From contig NC_085846.1 of the NCBI RefSeq assembly GCF_035594765.1, positions 20,943,190 to 21,007,189 on the forward strand: DNA of 64,000 nucleotides, given 5' to 3'. Shown here piece after piece: positions 36,478-48,525 of this stretch (positions within the stretch are counted from its first letter, which is position 1; each line of letters opens with the position of its first letter). Source of the DNA: Anolis carolinensis. Its lineage: Eukaryota. The notes beneath the pieces were generated by a model. The model saw only the letters and a list, made by a program, of their open reading frames with translations. It had not been told where the DNA came from and made no database searches. Both the position numbers and the translations under genes were made by a program.

Positions 36478-37285
36478 CTTTTGGTACTGATTATTTTTCC
36501 TTTGCTCAGACTGAGGTAATATAATAATCAGGTATGTTCAATCTACTTTTCACTGGTAATATATTGACATCACTCCCTCAAAACACTCCTTATTATATTG
36601 CTGAGGGAGTGTGACTTGCCCAAAGTCACCTACCAGGTTTCCATGTCCAAGCACGCACTCAAATTTTGTTTTCCAGAATTGTAAAATGCTCAAACTACTG
36701 CACCAAGCTGGTGCTCCATTTGCAAACTAAAATCCATCAAATTCTCCTCACTGTATCCTCTGTATTTCTCCCAAAACTATAGTCTATTTTACCTCAATGT
36801 AAACAGTATCTTTTATCAACATTTTTAGATATAGGTAGGTAGCAAACCATAATTAGATGAAGAACAAAAAGGTTTTGGTCATAAGTCTACTTCATTGTTA
36901 GAATGACAAGAAAGATTATTAGAATGTGAAAGGCAGCCTAGTAGAAAAAGTAGTTGGTCCAATAACATTTTCATTTATTTGAACAAGAATTATTGGACTA
37001 GGGGTGTAATGCCCAGCACATTTCAGCATTTATTTGAAAGAAATCCAGAACAACACGTTGCTAAATAATAGTTGTGCTGGAGTAGTTGTTTTGCTAAAGT
37101 GTTCATGGCATTTTATAGTGTTTTGTACAGATCTCTTTGAAATTACAGGTGGGCTAGCCACTTTAATGGGTAATAGAAGAGAATAGATGATGGAATATTT
37201 CATTGGATGCCCAATGTTCAGACTACAGAATGCAGATTTCAAATTTTATCTATTTATTTATTTATCACATTTCTATCCCACCTTA

Positions 37286-37503
37286 AGTAAAGATAAAGGT
37301 TTTCCCCTGACATTAAGTCCAGTCATGTCAGACTCTAGGGGTTGGTGGTCATCTCCATTTCTAAGCCAAAGAGCCAGTGTTGTCCGTAGACATCTCCAAG
37401 GTCATGTGGCATGACTGCATAAAGCACCGTTACCTTCCTGCTGGAGCGGTACCTACTGATTTACTCATATTTGCATGTTTTCGAACTGCTAGGTTGGCAG
37501 AAT
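37286..37503 (-). mobile_element. Sauria-type SINE, 5'-truncated
   Basis: aaaggttttcccctgacattaagtccagtc...ttcgaactgctaggttggcag; 7-bp TSD cacctta (37279-37285, 37504-37510). Confidence 0.85.
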
Positions 37504-38009
37504 CACCTTATCTCGCCCCAAAGCAGCTTACAACTTGGCACAATTCGATGCCACATTGAAACATTAGACATAACAGATTATAAATACATTAACATTAAAT
37601 CATTAAACATAAAACAATCACATAAAATACAATTAAAACAGGATTTGAAACACCTATTAAAACAACCACAAAGTCCATAATCAAAGTCCATGAGCCATTC
37701 CAGTTACAGTCACATTGATCCCCAGCTGTGTATTGCATTATAGCTAGTCTCTGAACACTTGGTTCCAAAGCCAAGATTTTACTTGTTTTCTAAATGCCAG
37801 GAGGGAAGAGGCTGAGCTCACATCACTGGGAAGGGAGTTTCACAGTTAAGGGGTCACCACCGAGAAGGCCCTGTCTCTCATCCCCACCAGCCACACCTGT
37901 GAAGGAGGCAGGTCCGAGAGCAAGGCCTCCCCAGAAGATCTTAACATTCATCCTGGTTCATAGGGGGAAATGGGTTCGGACAGGTAAACTTGGCTGGAAC
38001 TGTTTAGGA

Positions 38010-38143
38010 CAGGGGTCCCCAAACTAAGGCCCGGGGGCCGGATGCGGCCCATCGAAGCCATTTATCCGGCCCCCACAGCACAAGGGCAGAAGGGGGTTGG
38101 GCTAAATGACCCAAGGGGTCTCTTCCAACCCTCTTTATTATTA

Positions 38144-38174
<31 letters not shown>

Positions 38175-38475
38175 ACATTGAGGCTGGGTGGCCATCTGTC
38201 AGGGGTGCTTTGCTTGTGCCTTTTGGTGCAGAAAGGCAGAAGAGGGTTGGACTAAAAGGCCCAAGGGGTCTCTTCCAACCCTCTTTATTATTATTATTAT
38301 TTTATTTTATGACACAGCAAACAAGATAGACATGCTGGATTTCATATCACAAAATCACAAGTCGAACACTTCCCAAGTGTCTAGGACTGTGTGATGTATT
38401 TTTGGATGATGTGCGCAGATCCCAGTAGGACTAAATAGACTAAATGGCCCAAGGGGGTCTCTTCCAACCCTCTTT

Positions 38476-38520
<45 letters not shown>

Positions 38521-38757
38521 ATTAACATTGAGGCTGAGTGGCCATCTGTCAGGGGTGCTTTGCTTGTGCTTTTGGTGCAGAAAGGCAGAAGAGGGTTGGA
38601 CTAAAAGGCCCAAGGGGTCTCTTCCAACCCTCTTTTTCATTATTATTATTAATAATTATTATTATTATTATTGCTCGGTAGCCAACTATAGTCCGGCCCT
38701 CCAACGTTCTGAAGGATCGTGAACTGGCCCCCTGTTTAAAAAGTTTGGGGACCCCTG
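38010..38757. mobile_element. Composite non-autonomous hAT element carrying retroelement 3' ends
   Basis: TIR caggggtccccaaact / agtttggggacccctg; TSD gtttagga/gtttaggg; internal repeats. Confidence 0.9.
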
Positions 38758-40224
38758 GTTTAGGGCACTTTAGCAAATTGGCAGCCAGTGGAGCTGGCGC
38801 AACAGAGGTGTTGTGTGCACCCTGTACACTGGTCCTGTTAACAATCAGGTTGCTGCTTGTTGTACTACTTGAAGTTTCCGAACAGTCTTCAAAGACAACC
38901 CCACGTAGAGCATGTTGCAGTAATCTATACAAGATGTAACAAGTGTGTGGATCACTGTGGCATCTGGGAAGGCTAAGATTTCCCTAATCCAAGTGGTGCA
39001 ATGTAGCCAGGAAAGTTGATGATGGCTCTTGAAATGTAAGAGTTTTGTTTTTTCAAAATCCCAGAGAAGCCTATAAATGTTGGTGCAATCATGGTTTCCT
39101 AACAAGGCAGAAAAATTCTCTGCTCAAGTTTTAGATTGCAGCAGTCCAAACAAACAACTTAACAAACATTTGAATGTGGGGAATTTATAATAATAGGTCT
39201 TTAAATTGGGGATAAAGAAACAGATGTTCTCTCCACGAGTGCCAGATTTCATATCCCATGACAATTGTGGTAGGGAAAGAAATCCCGAAAGTAATATAAA
39301 AGCTGGAAGTTGTTTGTGTTACTATGTTGCAAGCCTTGGTTATAGTTGGGACTTCGCTATGATCCTGAATATCATGTTGTTCAAAAAACTGTTATGAAAA
39401 AGAATAAAGCCATGCAGGAAGTATTTGAAGTGGAATTTATTACTCAAGAGATTTTGATGTAAGAGGAAATGGAATGGGTGAACTCATCCTTTCTGAAGAA
39501 ACATGAAATGCATTTGTTGTTGTTGTTGTTTTTTGTAAGGGCCAGTTGACTGGCCCAAGTCTAGCTCTATATCAGATATGAATTTTTGTTAAGTCACTAA
39601 CTTCCCAGCTGTGTGTCCTGTTTTTTATGTTCAAGTTTTTCCCATCTTTTCTCACAACTTTATAGCTCTTCTTTCACTTTAGCAACTACAGCTACAACTG
39701 GGTACAAGAGGCAGAGGGCTTGTTCTGTGTGTAAAAGAATGTGAGGACACAGTAAACTTCCAGTTAAGGTTGTTTATCCATTTCATTTTGTGTATTTATT
39801 TGATGCATTTATGATAATTATTCTGTGTTCTGACAAATCAGGTTATTAACTACAATCAAGATGAAACACAGATGGCAAACAGCAAGAACACAAACTAACT
39901 TATTTTTCATAACAATACAATAAAAACAAGAGTCCCTCCAAAATTATTCATCAAAGGAAGATTGAAAATGACATTAAAAACCACAAAAAGCTTAACGGAA
40001 CACTTTAATGCCAGTTAAAACATAATGAAGAGAGTGATAGTCTGAGGTACCTTAGGGAACTACATAGGACTGCTTTTACCAACACATCCTTTTTGTTTGT
40101 TTTCTTAAACTGACTCTCTAATGTATTTTCTGTCACCTTTCTAAAGTATTTTTGTCATCTCTGCTTGATCCCAGAATTCTGCAGGAGGCAGCAACCAGAT
40201 TTAAAGTGGATCCATGCTCTAGTG

Positions 40225-40359
40225 CAGTGGTTCTCAATCTGTGGGTCCCCAGGTGTTTTGGCCTTCAACTCCCAGAAATCCTAACAGCTGGTACACTGGC
40301 TGGGATTTCTGGGAGTTGTAGGCCAAAACACCTGGGGATCCACAGGTTGAGAACCACTG
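40225..40359. mobile_element. 135-bp palindromic hAT MITE
   Basis: Perfect 8-bp TSD ctctagtg (40217-40224, 40360-40367). Confidence 0.92.
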
Positions 40360-40510
40360 CTCTAGTGCGATGAGCTTCTAACATTCTATGAACTATTTTT
40401 TGAGCCTTGGAGAACTACTGTGTGGAAAAGAGGGATGGGAAAGTCTTTTTCTGAAACCTCAGACCCCATTTACACTACCATATAATGCAGCTTGATTAAT
40501 CAGTGTAGAT

Positions 40511-40643
40511 AAGTGGTTCTCAAAGTGGGTCTCCAGGTGTTTTGGCCTACAACTCCCAGAAATCCCAGCCAGTTTACCAGATGTTAGGATTTCTGGGAAT
40601 TGAAGGCCAAAACATCTGGAGACCCACAGGTTGAGAACCACTG
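40511..40643. mobile_element. Palindromic hAT MITE (same family)
   Basis: Homologous to 40225-40359; TSD degenerate. Confidence 0.8.
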
Positions 40644-40888
40644 GTACAGACCCATATAATACACTTTAACTCCCTTGAACTCCATTAAGTCTCTATCTTG
40701 TCTCCTTGCTCTAGCTGAAGGTCCCTCTCACCATCTCCAACGGATATTCTGGTACCAGAGCAAAGAGGGAGCCAGCAAAGACAGTCTCCATCTTGTCTCC
40801 TTACTCCAGCTGAAGGCCTCTCCCACCAGTAACATGCTTTGCTAATTATATATGTATGTGTGTATATGTGTGTGTATATATCTATATA

Positions 40889-41242
40889 CAGTAGAGTCTC
40901 ACTTACCCAATATAAACAGGCCAGCAAAACGTTGGATAAGTGAATATGTTGGATAATAAGGAGAGATTAAGTAAAAGCCTATTAAACATCAAATTAGGTT
41001 ATGATTTTACAAATTAAGCACCAAAACATCATGTTATACAACAAATTTGACAGAAAAAAGTAGTTCAATACACAGTAATGCTATGTAGTAATTGCTGTAT
41101 TTACTAATTTAACACCAAAATATCATGATGTTTTGAAAACATTGACTACAAAAATGCATTGGATAATCCAGAACGTTTTGAAAACATTGACTACAGAAAT
41201 GCATTGGATAATCCAGAATGTTGGATAAGTGAGACTCTACTG
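40889..41242. mobile_element. Tigger/pogo-type MITE (CAGTAGAGTCTCACTTATCCAA TIR) with an internal duplication
   Basis: TIRs at both ends; lies within a (TA/CA)n tract. Confidence 0.9.
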
Positions 41243-42072
41243 TGTACATATATATATATATATATACACACACATGCATGTATACATATATACATATATA
41301 CAATATAATTTACAATAATATATAATATTATAATATATTGCATATGCATATAATATTAATAATATTATTTTGTAATACAATATAACACTAATAATACAAT
41401 AAAATAATATTAATTATATAATAAATATTAAATGTAATATTATTAATAATATTACATTATATAGATATAGTACAATATGGTAATTTATTGCCAGTATTGT
41501 GCTATGCTAATAATATAATATTGTATGTAAATTTAATTTGTAAGCCGCTCTGAGTCCCCTTCAGGGTGAGAAGGGTGGGATATAAATGTATTAAATAAAT
41601 AAATAATAATAAAATAAATTACACTGACCATATAATGCCATGCCAAGCTTCATCATATGCCAGTATAGATGGGGCCTCACCTGTGTTTAAACATGAATTC
41701 AAATCTTTGACATTGGTAGGTTGCCAGATGTTATTTGAAATGAGAAGATGGTATATCATATTGTGGCCTAACAAATTTTTGCTCTCAGTATAAAGTCTGA
41801 AAAACAAAGTTGATTTCCTTTATTGAACCAATTGATGTTTTTTCACTTTTCCATCCTTACAGTTTTCCCAAACAAGTCATTTATTATTTAATGAAAAATA
41901 TTGTGCCTGTGATTTTCCGCAGGAGTGTTGATGATTCTTGGAGATCTGTCATTTATAGAATTGCTGTAAACTAGCTTGATACCAAACAGCAGCAGCATGA
42001 TATACAACATGATATACTAGAGAACCATTTTCTTACTAAACAGCTGTCAGGATGGGTTAGCTGTTTGATATA

Positions 42073-42395
42073 CAGTAGAGTCTCACTTATCCAACATAAA
42101 CAGGCCGGCAGAATGTTGGATAAGCGAATATGTTGGATAATAAGAAGGGATTAAGGAAATGTCTATTAAACATCAAATTAGGTTATGATTTTACAAATTA
42201 AGAACCAAAGCATCATGTTATACAACAAATTTGACAGAAAAAGTAGTTCAATACTCAGTAATGCTATGTAGAAATTACTGTATTTACGAATTTAGCACCA
42301 AAATATCACGATGTATTGAAAACATTGACTACAAAAATGCGTTGGATAATCCAGAATGTTGGATAAGCTAGTGTTGGATAAGTGAGACTCTACTG
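42073..42395. mobile_element. Tigger/pogo-type MITE, 323 bp
   Basis: TIRs plus TA TSD. Confidence 0.92.
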
Positions 42396-42504
42396 TACTA
42401 CCGTTTTGGTGGGATTTAGTCAGAACTAGCTTTCTATTCTACTTGGTAAGAAGGCTCAATAAAGCTGTTTCCAAGGAGTTACCTTTGTGAGCTTGCTTTT
42501 GTAT

Positions 42505-43440
42505 CTAAGATCTTCCAAGGCCTGACAACAGCTTGCCTAATGATACTTTTACTTCTTTGTTTCTCAGACTATATATGACTGGGTTGAACATAGGCACTAG
42601 AATTATATAGAACAAAGAAACCAATTTGTTAATCTCCGTTATCTCATTTGACCTAGGACTCAAATAAACAATAATTGCAGAGCCATAGAAAAGAGATATT
42701 ACTGTGAGGTGTGAGGAACAAGTGGAAAAAACTTTCTTCCGACCATTAACAGAAGGCATTTTCAGAATAGCAGAGATAATTTTAACATATGATGAAAATA
42801 TAAGGCAAAAGGGAATGACTAGGAATAGTGCAGCAGCCGCAAACACAAATAACTGACTTTTATGGATATCTGCACAAGCCAAATCAAGCAGAGGGGGGAT
42901 ATCACAGAACAAATTGTCGATTTCATGGGAATCACAGAAGGGCAAGGTAAACAGAAAGTATACCTGTCCTACATGCATAGGTACATTGATAGCCAGTGAC
43001 AGAAAAAGGAATCCTAAACACAGTTTCCTGTTCATTATGACTTTATAGTGCAAGGGGTGACATATAGCCACATAGCGGTCATAAGCCATGGCAGCCAGAA
43101 GCAAACATTCAGTACCTCCTAGTAAGAGCATAAAGTACATCTGGACAGCACAACCAATAAATGATATGGTCTGGTCTTCTACTACCAAATTGACAAGTAT
43201 CTTTGGGATAGTGACTGAGGTATAGCAAATCTCCAGAAAGGAGAGACTCTTCAAAAAGAAATACATGGGAGTATCCAAGGCAGGATCAGTTACTGTAACA
43301 TAAATAATCATTCCATTTCCTAATATGATGCCTCCATAGATAGACAAGAACAACATAAAGAGAAAACCTTGCAGATTAGGAAGCTCGGAGTATCCCAGGA
43401 GAGTGAAGCCAGAAAATGCAGAACGATTTTCCTTGAACAT
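42505..43440 (-). CDS. Olfactory receptor, intact, 311 aa from the in-frame ATG
   Basis: ENRSAFSGFTLLGY, LDTPMYFFL, MAYDRYVAICHPLHY, FSTCSSHL, PMFNPVIYSLRN; the ORF-track start at 43455 is GTG. Confidence 0.95.
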   Translation of the reverse strand: MFKENRSAFSGFTLLGYSELPNLQGFLFMLFLSIYGGIILGNGMIIYVTVTDPALDTPMYFFLKSLSFLEICYTSVTIPKILVNLVVEDQTISFIGCAVQMYFMLLLGGTECLLLAAMAYDRYVAICHPLHYKVIMNRKLCLGFLFLSLAINVPMHVGQVYFLFTLPFCDSHEIDNLFCDIPPLLDLACADIHKSQLFVFAAAALFLVIPFCLIFSSYVKIISAILKMPSVNGRKKVFSTCSSHLTVISLFYGSAIIVYLSPRSNEITEINKLVSLFYIILVPMFNPVIYSLRNKEVKVSLGKLLSGLGRS

Positions 43441-43883
43441 GTTTGTTTCAAACACATCTACAGAGATAGCAATGATAGGGCAGGTCAGTTAACTCAAAGA
43501 AAGTTGTTATACATCCCACCCCAACCCCTCCACTTAAACTCTTCAGTCATAACATAGCAGGGTTCGTTATCTCTTTCAGCACTATAATCACTGATGGGTA
43601 ATTTTTAAAATAAATCCTGACATGAGGTTATTTGAGATATGTAAAAAGATCTCTTTTTGTGCAGTTAGCTAGTGCTTCAACCATCCACCACTCATATGGA
43701 TCCTATTCACTTTTTTCTGTATAAATAAAATGTGCCTCTCTTTGTTTGTGTCTTCAGTGACATATAAAATCAAGACAATGTTGTTGAGAAGTACTTACAA
43801 TCAATGATGTTATTTTAAATGTTTGTTTTTGCTGATCTTATTTTAAATTGCTTTGTTTACTTGTTAATAGTTTCCACTTTTAG

Positions 43884-44694
43884 CAGAGCCGGCCCTAGGT
43901 ATTTTTCAAGTGTAGGCGAACAGAATTTTGGCGCCCCCCCCCCCAAACCAATTACTGAAAAATAAAAGCGTTGGATAAGCGAAAATGTTGGATAATAAGG
44001 AAGTATAAAGGAAAAGCCTATAAAACATCAAATTACATTATGATTTTAAAAATTAAGCACCAAAACATCATGTTTTACAACAAATCAATAGAAAAAGCAG
44101 TTCAATACATGGTAATGTTATGTAGGAATTACTATATTTGCAAATTTAGCACTAAACATTGAACAGGGATATAGGGCAGTGTGGACTTAGATAACCCAGA
44201 TAGCCCTCAGTATTTAAAAAAACCCTCTAAAATCAGGACAATAAATAAAGAACAACACTCTGAAAACAGAAGAAATCCAGACAGTAAACAATCACGGACA
44301 GCTAACTCCTCCCAAAAAAAGATTCTCCCAGGCAAGAAGAAGCCAGGCCTTGAAGCCACAGGGCCATTAAATGCTAATCAAGGTGATTAATTACAACATT
44401 CACACCTGCTTCAAAGAAAAGTTCTTTCTCCCACCCTGGACCTTCTACAGATATATAAACCCCACATACCTAGCTTCCAAGTTCCTACAGACCTCACAAT
44501 CTCTGAAGGCCCCAAAGGTGGGCTTGCGTGGTGCAAAGGTGGGTCTGCACTGGCCGGAAGGCCCAGCGCGGCCGCTGGAAGGCCCGAAAGAGAAGGAGGT
44601 GGAGAGTGGTGCCCTCCTCCCAGGACGATGGTGCCCCCGGGACGATGGCGCCACAGGCAAATGCCTATTTCGCCTTATGGTTGGACCGCCTCTG
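43884..44694. mobile_element. Composite non-autonomous hAT element, 811 bp
   Basis: Perfect 8-bp TSD acttttag (43876-43883, 44695-44702); imperfect TIR cagagccggccc / ggaccgcctctg; carries a Tigger-MITE interior and a Penelope-like segment. Confidence 0.88.
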
Positions 44695-46707
44695 ACTTTT
44701 AGCCAACTGCAATGCCACTTTTTCTCAAGTAGAAAGCAGTATTCAGAGGCACACTATCTTTAATGTTATTAAAATAAATTGTCATCATGACTCAAATGAG
44801 TATATAAAGATATTCTCAGTTTTTTAAATCTTGGTTTGTTGTTGTCTAAAATGGCATACTCTCTGATCAAATATTTCCATCTTTCAGGTATCAAACATTT
44901 CACCTTGCTGCACTGAATGGACCCAGTTCCAATATTACTGGAAGGGAAAACGTTTTCTCACTCTAGTGTGTCCTCTTTATATGGTTTTGCAATTTTTCCT
45001 GACATTGAAACATATTATTTACCATACTATGCCGCTTCATTCAGTTTAGAGAATCCTTTTGGAATTACTCTTTCCCCCTTTTTGTTTTGCCACTCTAAAT
45101 ATTGTTGATATAATCTCCAAACTTGGCTGTTTTTAGTGTCAGATCATTGACTAAGATTAAAAGATTAAATTTCCCCACTCCCCACTTACACTGTGAATCC
45201 ATTGTGAGAACTGTTTATGTATACTATTTCCTTGGTCTCTATGAATGTACAAAGATGAGCTGTGCTAAACTTTTCAAACTGTTAAATACATTTCAACTTG
45301 CATTTCCATATGCTTAAAGATGCAGTAAAATTCATTGGAAGAAAAATCTGAATCAAATGAGTGCATTTTTCTTCATTTATTCTCTTCCATACACATTGAT
45401 GGAAAGCGCTTTTCTAGTGCACACAGCCTTGCAGACATTTCTCCCTTTATATTGTTCATTTCTAAATGTGCTTTGCTTTAACATATATGTAGTTTAAAGC
45501 ATTTTTTGAATACAGATAAGAGAAATCTGGGAAATAGGGTTTACTGAGTAGATATGTGTATGACTCTACTTTAAGATTTCTTTTTTTTATTTTCTCGATG
45601 TCATAAAGTCTCTTAGACTGGAATTTGAGGAGAAAGGTTTGCAGAACAATGAAATAAAAGAAAAAAATAGAAATATATTCAGCAGAATAGCATACAAATC
45701 AAAAAGTAAGGGAAGAGAATAAGATTTATGTTGATTGAAAGGCTTTTTGAAATTCAAACAATAAGGAACTGCAAATACAAAGATACAGTTAGAGAGATTA
45801 AAATGACAATTTACCAGTGCTGTGATGGAGAAGACACCGTGCAGTGTTTCAGATTGACTTCCTAGAAGAAGGCATTGATTTGTTGTCAGCATTCTCTTGC
45901 TCTCAATACTGGAAAGACAAAGGTCTCAAAGTAGCAGCAAAGCTTTATGTGTCCAAATGTGTTGAATGCAGCTCATTCAGCATACTCCCAAGGGGTATTA
46001 TTTAAGAATAATATAATTATTAAAATTAATTGCATACATTATTGGTAATGGTAATGACATTTTTGTATACAAACACATTTCAAATACAATGCTACTTGTT
46101 TCCTTGAGGGAATTTTTTTCCACTAGAACTGAAATGATCTTTTCTATGCACACTTTTCATCATCATTAGTCTTTGGCTGACAGTTTTCCAACCAGCTTTT
46201 TTTCTTTTAAAAAATTCTGTGATGATAATCATATGAACAAAGTAAAGTTTCAAAGAAAGTTATAGTAGTTTATCCTAAATTAAGCTTACTAGTGGTAGGT
46301 CTACCATTGCACAATGATTAGAAAAGTATCTCAGGCAGGAATGCTTGCTGAGCCAGGAATGCAGGGAATCCATCATGTCTGGGAACTGTCAAGTTAGAGA
46401 AGTATGTGTTGCGCTGTAGCCCTGGAACACCTTTTCACCCAACACCACACAATGATCAGATAATCCAATAAATAAAAGTTGATTAATGAATAAGTGTAAA
46501 ATAAAAAGACAAATCAAAAAAAGAAGCAGCAAAAGTACAAAAATTAATTCCAAACGTGATTAAGAGTTCATCAGCTTTTAAACCAAGGCATCAAAAAGCA
46601 ATCCACAGAGACTTGAGAGAAGAGTGTAACCTTAAGCGGATCGATGGAGACATCAAAGAGAAAGTGGTTGAGTCAAATTTGTGGGTCTTGGAGGAAGGAC
46701 CTCAGTT

Positions 46708-47170
46708 TTTATTTATTTACAGTATTTATATTCCGCCCTTCTCACCCTGAAGGAGACTCAGGGCGGATCACATTATACACATATAGGGCAAACATTCAAT
46801 GCCCATATACACATAGAACCGAGACAGAGACAGACAGAAGCAGAGGCAATTTAACCTTCTCCTGAGGGGATGTTCGATTCTGGCCACGGGGGGAGCAGCT
46901 GCTTCATCATCTACTCTGACCACACTTCCTCATTCCAACGTCGTAAATTAGTTAAATTTGCCTCCCCATTTTTTATAAGTGGTACCTTATCTCCTACTTG
47001 ATAGATGCAACTATCTTTCGGGTTGCTAGGTCAGCAACGAGCAGGGACTATTTTTTATTTTTAATTGATGGGTGCTCACCCCACCATGGGCTGGCCTCAA
47101 ACTCATGACCTCATGGTCAGAGTGATTTATTGCAGCAGGCTGCTCACCAGCCTGCGCCACGGCCGGCCCC
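46708..47170 (-). mobile_element. L2-tailed SINE, long variant
   Basis: Same head and tail as 7335-7578 with about 230 bp of extra interior. Confidence 0.8.
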
Positions 47171-47748
47171 CACCCTGGATCTTCTGAGATGTCCAAATGA
47201 AGAGGAATAATGACAACAGTCTGATAAGTAGTTGCTTGGAATTAGTTTTTCCCCCTGCCAGTGTAGTCAGTTTTGTGGTGGCTACAGATTGAAAAGCTTT
47301 TGTTTGTTGTGAGCTTACTCTAAAGCTGAGGAAGAGTTAGAAAGAGAAAGAAAAAAAGAAAAGGATAAGAAACAACCAAGTAAGTCAGAGCTTGAAGTTC
47401 CGGGACACTTACAACTTAAAGAAAGTCAACACAAAGTTTGCTGGCCACAGGAACGACTTCCTGGCAAGTCTTCTGTGCTACTGCAGAAGGGGCCAGAATA
47501 CCTCCAGCCCCTTTGGAATTACTTGCAAGGAGACTTCAGCTCCAGGTCCCTTTCCAGCTGGGTGTGGAATATTTCTTGCATTAGGTAATTTTTATAGACC
47601 TTACTATTTTGCCATTTTAGTATCTTTTAATCTAGCATTTTAGTATCTTTAATCATTCAGTGGGAGTCATATTTTTGGAAAAGGCACAAAGCACAGGAGA
47701 ACAGACCCGTTTTGGTTTTGTTAGCATGACAAGCTTTCAACCACTAGG

Positions 47749-48525
47749 ATGGTTTCTACAAGGGCCCAGCTACACAGAGCCTCCACTCTGAAAACTGTGC
47801 CTAACCTAGTTCAGAAGTCAATTCTGGAATCCTATGATCCAGCAAACACTGGGAAAGAACCAAAAGCAAGTGAACACCTGCTGGATCATGAATTCATGAA
47901 CATGACTGCATTGGGCAGAGCGGGCACTTCAAAGACAATCTGTACAACAGCAGAGAAAATGGATGAGGATGAGGAGGCTGTGTCTAGTGCTTGACTTTCC
48001 CTTAATGAAGATGCTGCTAATTGGTCCATTGACCCAGGTTTGATGGAACTGACCCCTCCACCTCCATTGAAAATACAATCGGCTGCTTACATAGAAATTA
48101 TAAACACTCTCAAAGATAGGATTGGCAGACTTGACTTGGTATCACCGGAGAACACCATCCCTTCATTGCATGACCTCATGCAAGAACAATGCTTCCTAGT
48201 AGAGCAGACAGCAGAAAAGTTGTTTCTGAGAATGGATATGCTGCAAAGGGAAGTTTCTGGCCTAAAAGCTACTATTGTAGCTTTGGTTAGTCTGGTAGAG
48301 TTTGGGATCCTGATTGCAGCACCTCCAGGAAATTGCCCCAGCCAAGAACATGCGGACAGTATTGGACCACTAGATTGCCAAGCTGACTGTGAACCCAAAG
48401 TAGCCAAACTAGCTGCAGAATCAGCGGTTAAGCAATTAACCGACATAATGGAGGACTGGAACCTGAAATCCAGGAGATGCCTCCTAGATGGAGTTAACAC
48501 AAAGCAAAAGAATCCTCAAGCATGA
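47749..48525 (+). pseudogene. Retroelement ORF1-like relic (one frame, one internal TGA)
   Basis: ORFs 47749-47994 and 48040-48525 share a frame with only the TGA at 47992 between them; MVSTR start, acidic patch, heptad-like helix. Confidence 0.35.

Larger units (their letters stand above)
37243..39030 (-). mobile_element. Degenerate L2 LINE 3' portion hosting two nested insertions
   Basis: Minus-strand remnants ATVIHTLVTSCIDYCN, LKTVRKLQVVQQAA, HNTSVAPAPLAAN are typical of the L2 ORF2 C-terminus; (TAAA)n tail at about 37245-37265. Confidence 0.75.

Noticed and set aside
44500-44540. Possible hammerhead ribozyme at the end of the Penelope-like segment
   Set aside because: Only CTGAAG is present; the stem-II/GAAA half of the core is missing.
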